DNA of 64,000 bases from positions 113 to 64,112 of the forward strand of contig JAJDTR010000083.1 in NCBI GenBank assembly GCA_022827055.1. The letters run 5' to 3'. The position numbers and the translations under genes were made by a program. The notes beneath the pieces were generated by a model. That model saw only the letters and a program-made list of their open reading frames with translations. It did not search any database and had not been told where the DNA came from. The number at the start of each line of letters is the position of its first letter. The first letter of the stretch is position 1. Shown piece after piece: positions 59,620 through 64,000 of this stretch. The DNA is from Candidatus Poribacteria bacterium (GTDB lineage: Bacteria > Poribacteria > WGA-4E > JAJDTR01).

Positions 59620-61605
59620 TTATCGAATAAAAAGGTAGTACGCCAAAAAAATGATGATTCCGATAACCATCGACACAATATACGATTGAACAACTCCGGT
59701 TTGAAACCGCCGCAGCGAGCCTCCAACGGTGCGCACGACAAAAGCGACACCGTTCACAGTCCCGTCAATGATTGAGACATCCAAACCGCGCCACAGGACA
59801 AATTGAGAGACCTTCTTGATGGGTTGAACGAAGACAGCGTTGTATATTTCATCAACGTAGAACTTTTCCGCAGCCAACTTGTGAATCGCCGATTGTGGCT
59901 GCGCCAGCGGCGTCCAATCCCGATACTTCACCCAAGCCAGAGCAATCCCCGCGATACCCACAATTGACGAAATTGCCATGAAAAGCAGCACATTGTCGGC
60001 GTGATGGGCTGTCTTTTCGCCGTGGTGAGAAAAGACGCCGCCGATAAAATGATGGAATGCGCTGTCGTGCCCTTTCCAACTTAATAGGGCAAGACCGATG
60101 AGCGCCGACGGAATGGCAAGGATCGCCAAAGGCACCCACATGACGGGCGGCGACTCGTGCGGGTGAATCTGCGAATCGACACGCGATTTGCCGTAAAACG
60201 TCCCAAAAATGAGGCGAAACATATAGAACGCCGTGAGGAAAGCCGTCACCAATCCTATCACATAAATGATAGGATGCCCCTTCTCCCAAGCGCTGTGCAG
60301 GATTTCATCTTTGCTCCAGAAACCACTCAGTAGTGGGAACCCAGAAATGGCGAGCGCCCCGACAAGAAATGTGATGTGCGTGATTGGAAGTTTCGATCTC
60401 AAGCCCCCCATCCTCCGCATGTCAAGTTCGTTTGACATGGCGTGCATGACACTGCCAGCCGTGAGGAACATCAAGCCCTTGAAGAAGGCGTGTGTCATGA
60501 GATGAAATATTCCGGACGCATAGGCGCCAATGCCCACACCCACGAACATATATCCGAGTTGGCTCACGGTAGAATACGCCAGAACCCGCTTAATGTCGTT
60601 CGCAGCTAACGCCATGATGGCGGCGAAGGCCGCTGTGAGAACGCCGATCCACGCTACCACATCGCCCGTACCGGCGAGGTCAAACAGCACGGAGGAGCGC
60701 GCCACCATATAGACACCCGCCGTGACCATTGTCGCGGCATGAATGAGAGCGCTAACGGGCGTTGGGCCTTCCATCGCATCGGGCAGCCAGACATACAGTG
60801 GGATTTGCGCCGATTTTCCCACGGCGCCGACAAAGAGCAGCAAAGTTGCAACGGCGAGCGTACTTGCCCCAAATACTAGGTTAGAGCCGGTTGATTCGGT
60901 GCGCTCAAAGAATTCGGCTTGCTCAAAGATGGGAATAAAATCCAGCGTGCCGAAGGCAGCGAAAAGCGTAAACATTCCTAGTAGAAAACCAAAATCTCCT
61001 ATTCGGTTGACGATGAAGGCTTTCTTGCCCGCGTCGGTTGCCGATTTTTTCTCGTACCAAAAGCCTATCAGCAGATAGGAACACAGTCCAACCCCCTCCC
61101 ATCCGACGAACATCATCAGATAGTTGTCCGCCAAGACGAGGATTAACATCGCAAACACAAACAAGTTGAGATAGGCGAAGTAGCGCGTATAACCCGCATC
61201 CCCATGCATGTAACCTATTGAGTAAACGTGGATGAGAAAACCGATACCCGTGATAATCAGCAGCATGACAGCGGTTAGCGAATCCACATGAAATCCGATG
61301 TTGAACGCAAAATTTCCGGTAATCCACTCGAATAAAGGGGTAGCCGACTCGCCAGATCCTAGTTCGGTTTTGCTGTACTCATGAGATTCGGCGGCAATCC
61401 ACTGGTAGAGCGTCTGGTTTAACTCCGCACCGCCTTTGACGTGAGTAAATACGATGACCGAGCAGATAAGTGATACTAGGACAGCAAGGCACGCGATCCA
61501 CCCGCTCAGCTTCTCGGTATTCCTCAACCATTTGCCAAACAGACCATTGATGAGGAATCCAACCAGCGGAGAAATCAGTAGTAGAATTATGAGGTTTACG
61601 GACAT
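59620..61605 (-). CDS. nuoL: NADH-quinone oxidoreductase subunit L
   Basis: GWEGVGLCSY, NRIGD, GKSAQIPL, AMEGPTPVSALIHAATMV, HAFFK. Confidence 0.95.
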   Translation of the reverse strand: MSVNLIILLLISPLVGFLINGLFGKWLRNTEKLSGWIACLAVLVSLICSVIVFTHVKGGAELNQTLYQWIAAESHEYSKTELGSGESATPLFEWITGNFAFNIGFHVDSLTAVMLLIITGIGFLIHVYSIGYMHGDAGYTRYFAYLNLFVFAMLILVLADNYLMMFVGWEGVGLCSYLLIGFWYEKKSATDAGKKAFIVNRIGDFGFLLGMFTLFAAFGTLDFIPIFEQAEFFERTESTGSNLVFGASTLAVATLLLFVGAVGKSAQIPLYVWLPDAMEGPTPVSALIHAATMVTAGVYMVARSSVLFDLAGTGDVVAWIGVLTAAFAAIMALAANDIKRVLAYSTVSQLGYMFVGVGIGAYASGIFHLMTHAFFKGLMFLTAGSVMHAMSNELDMRRMGGLRSKLPITHITFLVGALAISGFPLLSGFWSKDEILHSAWEKGHPIIYVIGLVTAFLTAFYMFRLIFGTFYGKSRVDSQIHPHESPPVMWVPLAILAIPSALIGLALLSWKGHDSAFHHFIGGVFSHHGEKTAHHADNVLLFMAISSIVGIAGIALAWVKYRDWTPLAQPQSAIHKLAAEKFYVDEIYNAVFVQPIKKVSQFVLWRGLDVSIIDGTVNGVAFVVRTVGGSLRRFQTGVVQSYIVSMVIGIIIFLAYYLFIR

Positions 61606-61617
61606 ATCAAATCCTTA

Positions 61618-61745
61618 GAGCCTGTTTGAAAAGTAGGTGGCAAAGCCATTTTTGGTCATTTGAGGGTCAAAATCATCGGATTTTCAAGGCGTTTACCCCA
61701 AAATGACCTCTCTCGAAGACGGATTTGGACTTTTCAAACAGGCTC
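61618..61745. mobile_element. 128-bp MITE with 17-bp terminal inverted repeats and a TTA target duplication
   Basis: GAGCCTGTTTGAAAAGT ... ACTTTTCAAACAGGCTC flanked by TTA at 61615-17 and 61746-48. Confidence 0.8.
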
Positions 61746-61760
61746 TTAGGTTGAGACTGC

Positions 61761-62060
61761 TCATCCCTTGAGTGAATCAACCTCATCAACATTCACCGTC
61801 TCACGATGCTTAAAGACACTCACAATGATTGCCAGCCCGATGGCCACCTCGGCAGCCGCGACAGTCATCACGAAGAAGACGAAAACCTGTCCCGATGGAT
61901 CGCCCAATTCACGCGATATGGCAACAAAGGCGAGGTTCGCCGCATTCAGCATCAGTTCAATGCACATGAAGATAATGATGGCGTTCCGTCTAATCAGCAC
62001 ACCAACTACGCCTACGGTAAAAAGTAATGCGCTTAAACCTAGATACCACTCCAAACCCAT
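61761..62060 (-). CDS. nuoK: NADH-quinone oxidoreductase subunit K
   Basis: [24 protein letters not shown]. Confidence 0.95.
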   Translation of the reverse strand: MGLEWYLGLSALLFTVGVVGVLIRRNAIIIFMCIELMLNAANLAFVAISRELGDPSGQVFVFFVMTVAAAEVAIGLAIIVSVFKHRETVNVDEVDSLKG

Positions 62061-62090
62061 ATCTCAATCCTCAACGATCTCAAGTCGGGG

Positions 62091-62798
62091 CTAGGAAACC
62101 TCTTTCGGTTCCTCCCGTTTCACCAGTGCAATAACCCCAATCAGTGCAGCCAGCAAAATTAAAGAAGTCACCTCAAAAGGCAGAAGGAATTTGCTAAACA
62201 ACACGGTACCGATCCGCTCGGTTTTGCCCATCTCCTGTTGAATCGTTTGAATCAACGTTTGAGCCTCGACCGCAGTCAGACTTTCCAGTGTTTTGTCCGC
62301 CGTGGCAACCTGAGGAACATATTCGGTATTAATCTCATCGCGCGTAAGCTGATAGGTCGCCTCTATCTCGCCAATTTCTTCGAGTTGTGCTTCGGTTATT
62401 GCCCCTCCGCCGACAGTGCTTTCCTGTTTGACTTGTGCGACAGCCGTTCCTTTGGACACATTTACGGCAATATAGACGCCTTCAAGTGCGAAGATTATCC
62501 CCAAAACAATCGCCGCGCCTTTGGCTATCCCTGCCTTAGGCTGATCGGCGCGGACACTGCCAAGATTGAGCAGCATAATCACGAACAGGAACAATACCAT
62601 AATCGCGCCAGCGTAGACGATGACCTGTACGGCGGCAACAAAATGTGCACCAAGTAGTACAAAAAGACCTGCTTGCGCGAAGAATGTGCCGATTAAGGCA
62701 ATAGCGCTGTAAACTGGGTTCTTGAACCCGATTACAGCGACCGCGCCAATGAGGGCGAGCGCTCCGAAAACGATGAATAGAATAGGTTCAGCGTCCAT
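62091..62798 (-). CDS. nuoJ: NADH-quinone oxidoreductase subunit J
   Basis: NPVYSA, QVIVYAGAIMVLFLFVIMLL, LPFEVTS. Confidence 0.93.
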   Translation of the reverse strand: MDAEPILFIVFGALALIGAVAVIGFKNPVYSAIALIGTFFAQAGLFVLLGAHFVAAVQVIVYAGAIMVLFLFVIMLLNLGSVRADQPKAGIAKGAAIVLGIIFALEGVYIAVNVSKGTAVAQVKQESTVGGGAITEAQLEEIGEIEATYQLTRDEINTEYVPQVATADKTLESLTAVEAQTLIQTIQQEMGKTERIGTVLFSKFLLPFEVTSLILLAALIGVIALVKREEPKEVS

Positions 62799-62834
62799 CT
62801 CTCTCCTGACTGCGCATAATATAGCAACCCCTCG

Positions 62835-63998
62835 CTATGTCCTTTCAGATGAGGAGCCTTCCATAAAACTAGGTTCTTGACGCTCAACCTGCTCCGGTTC
62901 GCGGCGCATCGCCAACGCACTTGCCACGATTGCGACAACAATAAAGGCGGCTACGACGTTGCACACCCCCACCAATACTTTCGACTGTGTCCCAATCCAT
63001 ACTATCGCCGTAACGACGATTGAAGTCAGCGCAACGGGCAACAGGAATTTCCATCCCAGATTCATCAACTGGTCGTACCGGAATCGAGGCAACGTCCAAC
63101 GAACCCAGATAAAAACAAAGAGGAAGAGCACTGTCTTGACCGTGAAGATTCCGACTGAAATCATACCGCTCCAGAAGGGACCGCCGAGATTCTCCAACCC
63201 GAAGAAATGCCAGCCACCGAGAAATAGCGTGACGGCTACCGCTGATCCCACAATCATGTTCATATATTCCGCCATGAAATACATGGCGAACTTCATACTG
63301 CTATATTCCGTGTGGTATCCGGCGACAAGCTCCTGTTCAGCTTCGGCAAGATCGAAAGGCAAGCGATTGGTTTCCGCAAAAGCGGCGGTCGTGAAGGCAA
63401 GAAATGCGGGAAAATGAATCAGGAAATTCCAATTCCAGATATTTGCCCCTTGCGCGATAGCGATCTCTCGCAGACTAAGCGAGCTCGACAACATAAGCAC
63501 TCCGATGATTGCAAGTCCTAGTGTTAACTCATAGCTAATCATCTGAGCCGAGGACCGCAGGCCGCCAAGTAGAGAGTATTTGTTATTCGACGCCCATGCT
63601 CCAAGCACGACGCCGTACACGCCCAGCGAGGTAATCGCCAGAACATATAGAATACCGATGTTGATGTCTGCAATCTGGAGCGGAATCGGGTAGCCTGCGA
63701 TGGTGATGGAACTCCCGAACGGAACAACCGCGCAAATAATAAGCGCTGGTACGAGGAGCATAGCAGGGGCAAGCACATATATCGGTTTATCCACATGATC
63801 GGGAATCAAATCCTCTTTCAGGAGAAACTTGATGCCGTCGGCAATAGGCTGCAAAATCCCCCAAGGTCCGACACGGTTAGGTCCATGACGATCTTGTATC
63901 CAGCCACTAACCTTTCGTTCCGCCAGAATCATCGCCATGACGCCAATCAGTAGAACATGGACGACGATGAGAATCTTGATTAGCGAACTAATAATGAG
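62835..63998 (-). CDS. nuoH: NADH-quinone oxidoreductase subunit H (5' end beyond the window)
   Basis: ERKV...QDRHGPNRVGP, AETNRLPFDLAEAE, RWTLPRFRYDQLM; frame open to the window edge. Confidence 0.95.
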   Translation of the reverse strand, partial: LIISSLIKILIVVHVLLIGVMAMILAERKVSGWIQDRHGPNRVGPWGILQPIADGIKFLLKEDLIPDHVDKPIYVLAPAMLLVPALIICAVVPFGSSITIAGYPIPLQIADINIGILYVLAITSLGVYGVVLGAWASNNKYSLLGGLRSSAQMISYELTLGLAIIGVLMLSSSLSLREIAIAQGANIWNWNFLIHFPAFLAFTTAAFAETNRLPFDLAEAEQELVAGYHTEYSSMKFAMYFMAEYMNMIVGSAVAVTLFLGGWHFFGLENLGGPFWSGMISVGIFTVKTVLFLFVFIWVRWTLPRFRYDQLMNLGWKFLLPVALTSIVVTAIVWIGTQSKVLVGVCNVVAAFIVVAIVASALAMRREPEQVERQEPSFMEGSSSERT

Positions 63999-64000
63999 AA

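Overview
Bacterial chromosomal window with no rRNA, tRNA or CRISPR array that I could see. Dockerin-type repeats, an NHL propeller, a PhyH dioxygenase, phosphonate catabolism and a DMSP-lyase-like cupin suggest a marine lineage such as Ca. Poribacteria (inference only). The left third (1-25 kb) is housekeeping and metabolic: a selenate/phosphonate-type ABC binding protein, a porin, nusB, SRAP, phnA, a CUAEP-tail radical SAM selenoprotein with an in-frame UGA and SECIS-like hairpin, a degenerate iscU plus iscA, a frameshifted MNT-HEPN pair, moeA/mobA and rfbB. The middle (about 25.1-37.6 kb) is a defence island. It holds a RelE/HTH toxin-antitoxin pair, a type I R-M system whose HsdS has two near-identical TRDs, and an AbiA-type reverse transcriptase. 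It also holds an XRE plus ImmA/IrrE (CapH/CapP-like) regulator pair divergent from two small nuclease-fold genes, which is the best candidate for an undescribed system. The right third is a co-oriented nuo(H,J,K,L,M,antiporter,N)-atp(Z,I,B,E,F,H,A,G,D,C) cluster. It is interrupted by a MITE, a frameshifted four-helix-bundle gene between inverted heptamer arrays, and four accessory genes between atpG and atpD. All family calls come from motif recognition by eye; no database searches were run.
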